The notes beneath the pieces are model-generated. The model was not told where the DNA came from. It ran no database searches and was given only the letters and a program-made list of their open reading frames with translations. Source: an uncultured Clostridia bacterium (GTDB lineage Bacteria; Bacillota; Clostridia; Christensenellales; Borkfalkiaceae). Taken from it: DNA of 56,712 bases. The position numbers were made by a program, and so were the translations under genes. The stretch covers positions 1-56,712 of the forward strand of contig CALVME010000102.1 of the NCBI GenBank assembly GCA_944342055.1, in the 5' to 3' direction. This document shows, in pieces, positions 35,222 to 44,051 of the stretch (position 1 is its first letter; every line of letters begins with the position of its first letter).

Positions 35222-38065
35222 TCAGTCTTCAATTTCTTCGATCAGATCTTGCGGGATCAGATCGATGAGCGGACTTCGCTTGCTGCGACAGCCGAAATAA
35301 TTTACGGAAGGACAATACGTAAAGAACAATTGTCGTTTGGCTCTCGTCATGGCGACATAGAAAATCCTCTTTTCCTCTTCGATTCGGATTCCGTTTCTCC
35401 ATGCCGTCGCGGGGAAATTTTTTTCGTCCGCATTGAAAATAAACACATTGTCAAATTCACATCCTTTTGTCTGATGCACCGTAACGATGGGAACGGCGGT
35501 GCGTTTTTCATCGTCGAACGCGCGCGCGATCCCTCGCCCTGCGTCTTCCAGAAAGGCAAACAAAGCCGTTTCCCCTTGCCGACAACTGCGCAATAAAAAG
35601 GTTTCCGCAAGCTGCAGTCTTGTCTGCGCTACGACATCCTCTCGATATCTCTTCTTTGTTCGGATAAACCCCAGGATGCGGGAGAGGCAAGCCTCCGTGT
35701 TTTCTTCGTCCAGCAGTTGTTTGAGTCTATGAAATTCCGCGTGAAATTTTTCAAATTTTTTGCGATACTGCAATAGGATTTTCCTTCTTTGGTCTGCTTG
35801 CGGGACAATAAAGCGCTCTTTGAGCTTTAAAAAAATCTGCATCGTCGCATTCACGTCTGAAAACGCGTCGTGCGCAAATTCGTTGGTGACTGAAAAAAAA
35901 GAACATAAGGTTTCCAGCTTATACCGCTCCAATCTCGGCAAATAGCGTTTCGCGAGCAAGAGCGTGTCTCCTTCGCCTATGATTTGCGGATAAGGCAGAT
36001 GGCATTCTCGCAGTTGTCTTCGCAATATTGCGCGGTCGAATGCGGTGCTGTTGTGCCCGATCAGATAGCAACCTTGTACGAAGCGGCAAAACTGTCGCAG
36101 AACGCCGCAAACATCGCTTGTCCCTTTTGCGAGCAGCTCGGCGAGCGACTTTTTGTGTGTGGCGAGAGCGCCGTCCGAGATCTCCGTTTGCGGGATGATA
36201 AGCTCATTCATTCTGTCGAGCTCTCTCCCCTCCGCGTCGAATTTGATCGCAGCCAACTGAATCATTTCGTCTTTTTCCTTGGATAGTCCGGTTGTTTCCA
36301 GATCGTAAACGACGAAGACGGTGGCTTCTTTTGTAAGCAAGGCGCAATCGTCTCCCTCATCGTATGTCTCGTCGCTTAAAAACGAGGAAAGGTTACAGAC
36401 CGTTTCTTCCCGAAAGCGGCGCAACGTCGTCTTTCCCACTCCGGCAATGTAGCGCTCCGCAACGCGTTCACAGGCGAGCAAATCGGCGGGATTGACGAGC
36501 ACGGAGAGAAAGGCAATTAGATCTTTGATCGCGGGATGCTTGTAGAATTTCAGTTCCTGTTCCGCCGTATAGAAGGAAATTCTTTCGGATTTTGGAAGCG
36601 CTGCGTTGATGCGCTGCATATGAACATATAGATCATTCGTCGCCTGATTGCTGCGCGAGATGAGACATGTCGTTCCGTTGAGGTGTTTTAATCTTTGGAA
36701 AATGCCGTAAGCTTGCAGCTGCGGAGAATCAAATCGAATGCAGGAAATTTTTCCGTCGAGCTCTCTGACGGGAACGGCGGGAATGATATCGCTTTGCGGG
36801 AAGGCGGCTCTGAGATATTCCGTGCCTGCTTTGACGAGAAGCGGAGAAGAACGATAATTTTCTGTAAAAACAGATACGGACGGAGAGCGTTCGGCGCAAA
36901 ACTTGTTTAAAAACAGATCAGGTCTTGCACCGCGCCATTCATAGATGGATTGAAAGAGATCGCCGCACAATACGACCTGTGCGCCGGGGAAGAGAAAAGA
37001 AAGCAGTAAATATTCCGCTTCGCTCGTGTCCTGTACCTCGTCGATTACGATCAGCCGATAGCGACGCGTGATTCCGCTTCGAAAATACGAAAGAGTTTGC
37101 AAAATCAGCGAGTCGAAATCGTAGGCGTTGGACTCTTCTAATCTGACTAAATAGGATTCGATGAGGCGGGCCCCGTACTTTCGGATCAGATCAAAAAAGT
37201 CCTGATCGAAGGACAGTTTGCCGTTTTCGTCTTTTTGGAACATCAGCGCGCGAAACTCCTCGCCGCATTCGCTCTGCATTCTGTCTATGGTTTTCTGCAA
37301 GTCATTTTCCCGATTTCCCGAGGAAATATTCCACAGCGCGAGCTTGTGTCTTACGGCGCTCACAAACGCATAATAATCGTAATCGAACAATGCGGGTCTG
37401 TAATTTTTGAAATCGGCGCCGCATTGATCGCAATGTCCGTCCGTCAATGCGCTTCTCTGACGGCATACGGGGCAAACGAAGTGCTGTATTTGCGCCGCTA
37501 CGCTCTCCGGAGAACATTCACTTCCGAAATAGTCGAAATATTTTCCGCCGTCGTTCCAGATGAGTGTTTCGCCCGCATAAACGGGCGGCAGAGTTCGGAA
37601 ATAATGCAATCCCTTCCCGAACTTTTCCTGCAATTTGTCCTCGGCGATCGTTTCCGTAAATTCCGGTAAAACGGCGAAGCGTATGAGTTCGCGGCAGTCC
37701 TCTTCGTCTTTGACGCTGTGTTCTGCATAGACCGCACCCGAGCGTTTCGCTTCCTCGCGAAGAAAGCGCAGACAATAACCGTGAATGGTATATACGTTTT
37801 CGAAGGGACGACCGAGATGGGCGCAAATGTCTCTTTTCATCTCTTCTTTGCCCTTTTCGGTAAAGGTAAGACAAAGGATTTCCCCGGGATCATAGCCGAG
37901 TTCGATCGCCTTCTTGCATTTTTGCGCCACGGAAAACGTTTTGCCTGTCCCCGCGCCGGCAAAGAGAACAATGTCTCGCTGAAAATTTTCGATAAAGTCG
38001 AGCTGCTTACTGTTGGGCGTCCGATCGGATTGTTCCGTTGTGTCGTGGGATACGTTTTGCGGCAT
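35222..38065 (-). CDS. UvrD/PcrA-like SF1 helicase with an inserted DEDDh (DnaQ-type) 3'-5' exonuclease domain and a zinc ribbon
   Basis: ORF 35222-38071 (GTG) trimmed to ATG 38065 behind AAGGAG. Helicase motifs AGAGTGKTF, VIDEVQD, GDLFQSIYEWRGA, ENYRSS, VTVHQTKGCEFD, YVAMTRAKRQL. Exonuclease motifs VYDLETTG, GHNSTAFD, HDAFSD. CPVC-x10-CDQC ribbon. Confidence 0.85.
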   Translation of the reverse strand: MPQNVSHDTTEQSDRTPNSKQLDFIENFQRDIVLFAGAGTGKTFSVAQKCKKAIELGYDPGEILCLTFTEKGKEEMKRDICAHLGRPFENVYTIHGYCLRFLREEAKRSGAVYAEHSVKDEEDCRELIRFAVLPEFTETIAEDKLQEKFGKGLHYFRTLPPVYAGETLIWNDGGKYFDYFGSECSPESVAAQIQHFVCPVCRQRSALTDGHCDQCGADFKNYRPALFDYDYYAFVSAVRHKLALWNISSGNRENDLQKTIDRMQSECGEEFRALMFQKDENGKLSFDQDFFDLIRKYGARLIESYLVRLEESNAYDFDSLILQTLSYFRSGITRRYRLIVIDEVQDTSEAEYLLLSFLFPGAQVVLCGDLFQSIYEWRGARPDLFLNKFCAERSPSVSVFTENYRSSPLLVKAGTEYLRAAFPQSDIIPAVPVRELDGKISCIRFDSPQLQAYGIFQRLKHLNGTTCLISRSNQATNDLYVHMQRINAALPKSERISFYTAEQELKFYKHPAIKDLIAFLSVLVNPADLLACERVAERYIAGVGKTTLRRFREETVCNLSSFLSDETYDEGDDCALLTKEATVFVVYDLETTGLSKEKDEMIQLAAIKFDAEGRELDRMNELIIPQTEISDGALATHKKSLAELLAKGTSDVCGVLRQFCRFVQGCYLIGHNSTAFDRAILRRQLRECHLPYPQIIGEGDTLLLAKRYLPRLERYKLETLCSFFSVTNEFAHDAFSDVNATMQIFLKLKERFIVPQADQRRKILLQYRKKFEKFHAEFHRLKQLLDEENTEACLSRILGFIRTKKRYREDVVAQTRLQLAETFLLRSCRQGETALFAFLEDAGRGIARAFDDEKRTAVPIVTVHQTKGCEFDNVFIFNADEKNFPATAWRNGIRIEEEKRIFYVAMTRAKRQLFFTYCPSVNYFGCRSKRSPLIDLIPQDLIEEIED

Positions 38066-38085
38066 GGTCACTCCTTTTTCAGGAG

Positions 38086-38114
38086 ATTATACCACAAATT
38101 TACAAAACATGCAA
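38086..38114 (-). promoter_or_regulatory. candidate sigma-A promoter of the helicase-exonuclease gene
   Basis: Minus strand: TTGCAT (38114-38109), 17 nt, TGgTATAAT (-10 at 38091-38086), 20 nt upstream of ATG 38065. Confidence 0.6.
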
Positions 38115-38118
38115 GCGA

Positions 38119-38150
38119 TAAAAAAATCACGGGGCTGCCGTGATTTTTTT
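38119..38150 (-). terminator. intrinsic terminator after the carboxypeptidase gene
   Basis: AATCACGG-GGCTG-CCGTGATT flanked by A7 and T7 runs. Confidence 0.8.
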
Positions 38151-38151
38151 C

Positions 38152-39300
38152 TCACCATGACCAGTTGTCTGCGGCTTCTTTGTAGTTGTCCCAGACAGTC
38201 GCTTTTGCTATGTCCTCGCATGCAAGGAGTTCAACGGAGTCTGCTTCTACATTGTTTTTGTACACGACGATTTTTCCGATCACGTCGCCGTTTCTGACGG
38301 GCGCCTTGATGCCGTTGAACACGACTTCTTCCGTAATGTTGTCTTGCGTTCCTTTTTTGGAAAATAAGAGAATGTTCCGCTTTGCTTTCGCTTTGACATA
38401 ATCTTGTTTGCCGCCTCTGACTTCTGCGCGCTCGTTCAAAGGTACGTCAGCGTCCACGATCACTTTATTGGTAAAATTTGCAAATGCATAATTCAACATG
38501 TTTTTGTGACAATCGAATCTGGAAGTGCTGTCCGATGAGCCGATCGTGACGGAAATGATCCGCATGTTTCCTCGTTTTGCCGACGCGGCGAGGCAGAATC
38601 CCGCCTGATTTGTAAATCCGGTTTTGCCGCTGTCGCATCCTTCGTATGAGCGGAGCAGGCGATTGGTATTCGTCATTTGCGTGACGCGGTCTTTCGGGTG
38701 TCGGAATTCTTCGTTGCGGATTTTGCTGTATTCAAAATATTGAGGGTGATGCAGTAAAGCTTGCAGCATGACGGAAACGTCCTTTGCGCAGGAATATTGC
38801 GGTTCCTTCGGCAGACCGGTGCAGTTTGCGAACAGCGTGTCGTTGGCGCCCAGCTCTTTTGCTCTTTCGTTCATTCTCTCTACGAAGGCATTTTCGCTTC
38901 CTGCTATCGTTTCCGCCATGGCGACGCAGCTGTCGTTTGCGGAACAAACGATGATGCTTTTCAGCAAGTTGCTTATCTCGTAGCTGCCGTTGGCTTCGAG
39001 GTAAACTTGTGAGCCTCCCATCCCCGCAGCCGTCTGGCTTACGGTCACCTGTTCGTTTAAGGTATGTTCTCCTGCGTCGATGGATTCAAAACACAGAAGA
39101 AGCGTCATGATTTTGCACATGCTTGCGATCGGCAGGCGAGTGGTCGCATTTTTCTCAAACAAAACGGTGCCGGAATCATAGTCGATGAGATATGCCGCTT
39201 TGCACGGCAGAGAGTTGAGCGTCTCTGCGCGGCAAAAGCGAACGGGTAAAATTGCGATTGATAAAAGAAATGCCGAAATCACTGCCAAAAACTTTTTCAT
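38152..39300 (-). CDS. D-alanyl-D-alanine carboxypeptidase (S11, PBP5-type)
   Basis: ORF trimmed to ATG 39300 (signal peptide MKKFLAVISAFLLSIA). SxxK (SMCK), SxN (SAND) and KTG (GKTGFT) motifs. Confidence 0.85.
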   Translation of the reverse strand: MKKFLAVISAFLLSIAILPVRFCRAETLNSLPCKAAYLIDYDSGTVLFEKNATTRLPIASMCKIMTLLLCFESIDAGEHTLNEQVTVSQTAAGMGGSQVYLEANGSYEISNLLKSIIVCSANDSCVAMAETIAGSENAFVERMNERAKELGANDTLFANCTGLPKEPQYSCAKDVSVMLQALLHHPQYFEYSKIRNEEFRHPKDRVTQMTNTNRLLRSYEGCDSGKTGFTNQAGFCLAASAKRGNMRIISVTIGSSDSTSRFDCHKNMLNYAFANFTNKVIVDADVPLNERAEVRGGKQDYVKAKAKRNILLFSKKGTQDNITEEVVFNGIKAPVRNGDVIGKIVVYKNNVEADSVELLACEDIAKATVWDNYKEAADNWSW

Positions 39301-39335
39301 ACTAGCAGTGTTTGCGGTTTGTTTCAAATTATCCG

Positions 39336-39905
39336 TCAGCCGATAAAATTTAAGGGGCGAAACAGGAGTGCGGCGATCAGAGTTTCCCAAAGAGCAGAAG
39401 CGATCAGCGGGATTCCGAGAGTCAAGGCGCTCCTTGAGAAAGAAAAGCGGTCATAGAGGCAGGAAACCCCTCTGGCGACAAAAAAAACACCGAACAGGAG
39501 TTCAGATGGAACGGCGGAAAGGATGAGCACAAAAAAGCCGTGGAACGAATATTCTTTGCAGATCGCGGAAAACAGGCAGCCGAAGAAATAACTTTTGAGC
39601 AACAGGAAAAAAGCATGCACGGGAAAAAGCTTTCCCGATAGGCTGACAAGGAGACCTGACGCAAAGAAGAAGAAAAGGGAAAATGCGCGACGGAAAAACA
39701 ACCGAAGCAAACTGCAGGATGAGGAAAAAATCAGAACGATATAATTTTGTCCCGAGGCGATAAAATAATGTTCTACAACAGTTTTTTGCGGAATAAAAAT
39801 GCCGCAGAGAAATCCGATCAATCCCAAAGCGAAGAGAATTAGCGTGATCGTCTTCTTCTGCCAAACGAGTTCTGCCAGTTCCGAAAAAACAGAAAACAGC
39901 CGCAT
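39336..39905 (-). CDS. polytopic membrane protein, possibly SpoIIM family
   Basis: 189 aa with about 5 TM helices. LSAVPSELLFGVFFV and ALWETLIAALLFRP loosely resemble the SpoIIM C-terminal blocks. Weak SD. Confidence 0.4.
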   Translation of the reverse strand: MRLFSVFSELAELVWQKKTITLILFALGLIGFLCGIFIPQKTVVEHYFIASGQNYIVLIFSSSCSLLRLFFRRAFSLFFFFASGLLVSLSGKLFPVHAFFLLLKSYFFGCLFSAICKEYSFHGFFVLILSAVPSELLFGVFFVARGVSCLYDRFSFSRSALTLGIPLIASALWETLIAALLFRPLNFIG

Positions 39906-39933
39906 AATTCAATTTATGCGGCTTCCTGTGCAG

Positions 39934-40935
39934 TTATGAGGCGAACATCTGTTCTATTCCTATTCCGTATCCTCGCGTGGGATCGTTCAAAAATACATGG
40001 GTCACGGCTCCGATCAGTTTCCCGTTTTGCAAAATCGGACTTCCGCTCATTCCCTGCACGATTCCCCCGCTGACCTCTAACAGACGATCGTCGGTGATCT
40101 TGATGACAAAGTTTTTATTTTCTTTGTTGGATTTATCTACTTTGACAATATTGATCGAATATTTTTGAGGCAATATGCCGTCCACCGTTGTATAAATTTC
40201 CGCTTTTCCCGGCTTTGCATCGTTCAATGATGCTGTCTTCGCAAGCGGCATCTTTTGTGCTATGTCCATGTCAAATGACCCGAATATGCCTGTCTTTCCG
40301 CTGCTGTCGGTGGTACCGAGAGAAGTCATATTAAAAAAGATTCCCTTTAATTCTCCGGCTTTCCCCCTTTCTCCGCGGTTGACGTTTACAATCGAACAGG
40401 GGTACATTTTGCCGTTCGCGACCTGAAGCAATTCTCCGTCTTCGCCAAGTACGGCATGTCCGAGCGCTCCGAAGCGTCCGCTTTCTTTGTCGACGCAGGT
40501 TACCGTTCCAATTCCCGATACGGTATCGCGGATCAGAACGCCTATTTTATAAGTACCGGAAGCGCGCTCCTTGACGGGACAGATCTGTGTTGAAAAACGT
40601 TCCTTTCCTCTTCGACAAGATACGATGGCAGCGCCCCCGTCGCTTGCGGCAAGCGCGTGTTCCAGATCGTCGGAAGAATTGACTTTCTCTCCGTCGAAGG
40701 AGACGATGACATCTCCGATTTTCAACCCCGCTTCTTCGGAAGGAGAAACGGAACCGTCTTGCGAGACGACGCCGGAAAATCCCACCACCTGTACTCCGTC
40801 GAGCCGCATCAGAAAACCTGCCGGCATGCCCCCTACGTAAACTTCACGCTCTGCGGCGTAAACCTGAGTTTTAGGAACGAAGAATACCGAAAATAAGAGT
40901 AAAAAAACTACAATCCACGTTCGAATTTTTTGCAT
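39934..40935 (-). CDS. spoIVB: SpoIVB signalling serine peptidase (S55)
   Basis: Signal/TM, PDZ domain (GLKIGDVIVSFDGEKV), and a catalytic region ending GMSGSPILQNGKLIGAVTHVFLNDPTRGYGIGIEQM. Confidence 0.9.
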   Translation of the reverse strand: MQKIRTWIVVFLLLFSVFFVPKTQVYAAEREVYVGGMPAGFLMRLDGVQVVGFSGVVSQDGSVSPSEEAGLKIGDVIVSFDGEKVNSSDDLEHALAASDGGAAIVSCRRGKERFSTQICPVKERASGTYKIGVLIRDTVSGIGTVTCVDKESGRFGALGHAVLGEDGELLQVANGKMYPCSIVNVNRGERGKAGELKGIFFNMTSLGTTDSSGKTGIFGSFDMDIAQKMPLAKTASLNDAKPGKAEIYTTVDGILPQKYSINIVKVDKSNKENKNFVIKITDDRLLEVSGGIVQGMSGSPILQNGKLIGAVTHVFLNDPTRGYGIGIEQMFAS

Positions 40936-40951
40936 AAACCCCTCATGCCCA

Positions 40952-40980
40952 TACTATGTGCAAAAAGAAATTCCCTATGC
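40952..40980 (-). promoter_or_regulatory. forespore sigma-F/G-type promoter candidate for spoIVB
   Basis: Minus strand: GCATA (40980-40976), 17 nt, CATAGTA (40958-40952), 16 nt upstream of the ATG (40935). Resembles the B. subtilis sigma-G pattern GnATA-17/18-CATAnTA. Confidence 0.5.
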
Positions 40981-41002
40981 CCTCGAGGCACAGGGAATTT
41001 TT
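40962..41002 (-). terminator. intrinsic terminator after the TrxR-like gene
   Basis: Minus strand: AAATTCCCT(G)TGCC-TCGAG-GGCA(T)AGGGAATTT followed by CTTTTTG. Confidence 0.7.
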
Positions 41003-41036
41003 AACTTTGTATGTGTCATGTGAGGAAACAGATAAA

Positions 41037-41885
41037 TCAATGTTTTGCCAAAAAAGCGATGGCGCTGTGCGCGGCTACGTTGCCTTCTCCGACGGCTTTT
41101 GCGTATTGATAAGGTCTTCCCGTACAGTCACCGCAGGCAAAACACCCGCTGAGCGAGGTGGCCTGAGATCTGTCGACATGCACATGCGCTCCATCCATTT
41201 GAATGCCTCCGATTAAGACGGAAGGCGAAACGCTGTTCTTCAAAAAGAACATGCCGTCAACGGGGATCTCCTGTCCGCCAGCCTTCAATTTTTCCAATCT
41301 CAAAGAGCCGAGGAGCCGCTCCGGCATTCCTTTGTGCAAAATAACATTGCCTGCAAATTGCTTCGGAGCAGGATAGAGCGGGAACAGATGAACGGTGCGC
41401 GCCAAGGAAGCCAGATAATCGATTTCATGTTCCAGATCTTTTGCAGTGCATAAAATGGCGATATCTTTTCCGCGATACAGCAAACCGTCGCAGGTGGCAC
41501 AATAGCTTACCCCGCGTCCGATAAAATCAGCCTCGCCTTCAACTGTTTTCAGCGTCTCGACTCCCGTCGCTACGATCACGATGCGGGATTCAAACATCTC
41601 GTCGTTGCACAGTACGGAAAAACTGTCATCCATTGCATAAACTCCCGTAACCGTCTTTTCGATCGGCGAAAGACCTGCCGCAGAAAGTTGCTGTCGGAGC
41701 ATATTACAAAAATCTTCTCCCGAAACGTCGGAAAGCCCCGGATAATTGTGAATTTTTTCGGCTTTTCGGATTTTTGCGCTTAGTTCTTTTTTCCCAAACC
41801 AGATAAAATTTTTATTGTTTGCCTGCAATGTCAGCGCGGCTGAGATCCCGGCGGGGCCCGACCCAATTATAATTACGTCTGTCAT
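41037..41885 (-). CDS. thioredoxin-reductase-like flavoprotein lacking the NADPH-binding motifs
   Basis: FAD motif IIGSGPAG and redox-active CATC. At the positions of GGGxxA and HRRxxxR it has ILCTAKDLE and HLFPLYPAPK. C-terminal GDC...AVGEG FAD block. Confidence 0.75.
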   Translation of the reverse strand: MTDVIIIGSGPAGISAALTLQANNKNFIWFGKKELSAKIRKAEKIHNYPGLSDVSGEDFCNMLRQQLSAAGLSPIEKTVTGVYAMDDSFSVLCNDEMFESRIVIVATGVETLKTVEGEADFIGRGVSYCATCDGLLYRGKDIAILCTAKDLEHEIDYLASLARTVHLFPLYPAPKQFAGNVILHKGMPERLLGSLRLEKLKAGGQEIPVDGMFFLKNSVSPSVLIGGIQMDGAHVHVDRSQATSLSGCFACGDCTGRPYQYAKAVGEGNVAAHSAIAFLAKH

Positions 41886-41904
41886 AGTACTTTATCTCCC
41901 ATAA

Positions 41905-43602
41905 TCATAGCAAGTTCTGCTTATATTTTTTGCTTTCCTGCAGCAATTCTTCCGCATGTGCACGCGCAGACGCACTATTGACGTTGCCTCCGATGAGGCG
42001 TACTATCTCATCGATTCGGTTTTTCTCGTTCAGTTCGCATACTTCCGTGTGCGTTTTTCCGTCCGTTTCTATTTTTTTGATAAGAAATTCGCGGTCGCTC
42101 ATGGAGGCAATTTGCGCAAGGTGTGAAACCGCAATAATTTGCGTCTTGCGGGATATCTGAGCAAATTTTTGTGCGACTACCGTTGCTGTTATGCCGCTGA
42201 TTCCTGCATCGATCTCATCGAAAATATATGTTTCGATCCCGTTGATGTCGGCAAATTGTGTCTTGAGAGCCAGCATAAAACGGCTCATTTCTCCGCCGCT
42301 TATGATTTTTCCGAGCTCTTTGAGCGGTTCTCCGGCATTCGCTGAAAACAGGAAACAGATACCGTTGGCACCTTCCGCTCCGATTTCGGATGCGTCGCAC
42401 TTCGTTTGCTCGAAACGGATGACGAAGGAGGCGTTTCTGATATTGAGCGTTTTCAGTTCCTGAATGACTTTTGTTTCCAAAGCGGCAGCCGCGGCTTTTC
42501 TTTTTTGCGTCAGTTTTTTGCAAACGGAAAAAATTTCCTGTTCTTCTGCCGAGCGCAGTTTTTCCAGTTTCTGCAATTCTTCGTCGCAATGCAGCAATTT
42601 TTCGCTTTCATCTTTTGCGTTTTCCAGGAAAGAAAGAATGGAGGCTACGTCGCTTCCGTATTTTCTTTTCAAGAGCTTGATTAGATCCAATCTCTCTTCG
42701 ATGCGATTCGCTTCTCCCTGATCGAAGTACAGTTCCGAACTGATGTCGGACAGAGTCGCTTCCAGGTCCTCCGCTTCGAGTCGAAAACTTTCCAGGCGAT
42801 CGGACAGTTTCTCGTATTGTTCGTCGTATTTTGAGACAGAAGAGAGGTTTCTGACGGCGAAGACGGCCCGATCGATGATCCCGTTTTCTTCCGAAAAAGC
42901 CTCTGTTGCGGCACGGAAAGCTTCGATGATTTTTTCGGCGTGGTTCATTTTATCTCGCTGCGCCAGAAGTTCTTCTTCTTCCCCTTCTTGCAGTGATGCC
43001 GATTCGATTTCTTCGATCTGAAAACGGAGAACGTCTATTTTTCGTTCGCGCTCTCCGCTGTCTCCTCCCAGAGCTGAGATAGACTTCAGACAATTGCGGT
43101 AGGCCTCCCGATGCGTCCGAAGTTGTTCTTTCAACATATGCCCTTCTTCGCCGAGAAGTCGGTCGAGAACTTTTAGCTGATTTGCCTCTTTCAGGAGGAA
43201 AAAATGTTCGCTCTGCCCGTGTACGTCGACGAGATACGATGTGATTTTTCGCAACATGGCGGCATTGACAGGCATGCCGTTCAGCTTAATGGAGCTTTTT
43301 CCGCTTTCGGAAAATTTTCTCGATATGATGATCGTATCGTCGTATTCTACGTCGAGTTTGTTGAGTTCCTCTTTGACTTCTCTTTGATCGCCGATCGAAA
43401 AGACCGCCTGTACGCTGCATTCCGTCTCTCCGTAGCGGATCATGCTTTTATCGGCTTTCGCGCCGAGCACAAAGTTGATGGAATCCAGAATGACGGATTT
43501 TCCCGCACCGGTTTCGCCGGAAAGGACATTCAGTCCGGAAGAGAAATCTATTTCAGCATGGTCTATCAGTGCAACGTTTTTGATGATCAGTTTTTCAATC
43601 AT
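41905..43602 (-). CDS. recN: DNA repair protein RecN
   Basis: SMC-like: Walker A GETGAGKS, long coiled coil, signature ISGGEMSRFMLAL, Walker B YIFDEIDAG. Confidence 0.9.
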   Translation of the reverse strand: MIEKLIIKNVALIDHAEIDFSSGLNVLSGETGAGKSVILDSINFVLGAKADKSMIRYGETECSVQAVFSIGDQREVKEELNKLDVEYDDTIIISRKFSESGKSSIKLNGMPVNAAMLRKITSYLVDVHGQSEHFFLLKEANQLKVLDRLLGEEGHMLKEQLRTHREAYRNCLKSISALGGDSGERERKIDVLRFQIEEIESASLQEGEEEELLAQRDKMNHAEKIIEAFRAATEAFSEENGIIDRAVFAVRNLSSVSKYDEQYEKLSDRLESFRLEAEDLEATLSDISSELYFDQGEANRIEERLDLIKLLKRKYGSDVASILSFLENAKDESEKLLHCDEELQKLEKLRSAEEQEIFSVCKKLTQKRKAAAAALETKVIQELKTLNIRNASFVIRFEQTKCDASEIGAEGANGICFLFSANAGEPLKELGKIISGGEMSRFMLALKTQFADINGIETYIFDEIDAGISGITATVVAQKFAQISRKTQIIAVSHLAQIASMSDREFLIKKIETDGKTHTEVCELNEKNRIDEIVRLIGGNVNSASARAHAEELLQESKKYKQNLL

Positions 43603-44051
43603 ATGGGTTTTGCCATATCCCTTAATTTTTCGGCGAGTTTTACGGCGTCCTCTCTGGTTTCACATACGACGAGCAGAGTATCGTCTCCAGCGACCGTTCC
43701 CGCAATCTCTTTTAATTCCAGTTGGTCGACGACCATGCCTGCATTGGATGCGTTTCCTCCGAGCGTTTTTACCAGCAATAAGTTGTTGACCGCTCTGATT
43801 TCGACGACGCATTCGCGAAATAAATTTTGCATTTTCGGAGAAACCGAATTGGTTCGCGCTTCAGCATAGCGATATTTCTTTTGTATTCCGCCGACCTTGA
43901 TCAGATCGAGTTCGCGCATGTCTCGGGAAATGGTTGCCTGTGTTACGGGAATGCCGCGATCCTCCAACGTTTGGCGCAGCTCCTCTTGCGTATCGATCTC
44001 ATTTTCTGCAATTAACTTCAATATGAGCTCTTGTCGCTCGTTTCGAGTCAC
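43599..44051 (-). CDS. argR: arginine repressor
   Basis: GTG start at 44051 overlapping the nadK stop (GTGA), with GGAGGAGG 9 nt upstream. TQEELRQTLEDRGIPVTQATISRDMREL wHTH and C-terminal GTVAGDDTLLV. Confidence 0.85.
   Translation of the reverse strand: MTRNERQELILKLIAENEIDTQEELRQTLEDRGIPVTQATISRDMRELDLIKVGGIQKKYRYAEARTNSVSPKMQNLFRECVVEIRAVNNLLLVKTLGGNASNAGMVVDQLELKEIAGTVAGDDTLLVVCETREDAVKLAEKLRDMAKPI

Noticed and set aside
38066-38085. CTCCT-GAAAA-AGGAG hairpin that would sequester the helicase SD.
   Set aside because: The CTCCT arm starts immediately after the -10 hexamer, so it lies upstream of the expected transcription start and would not be in the mRNA. The stem is also only 5 bp.
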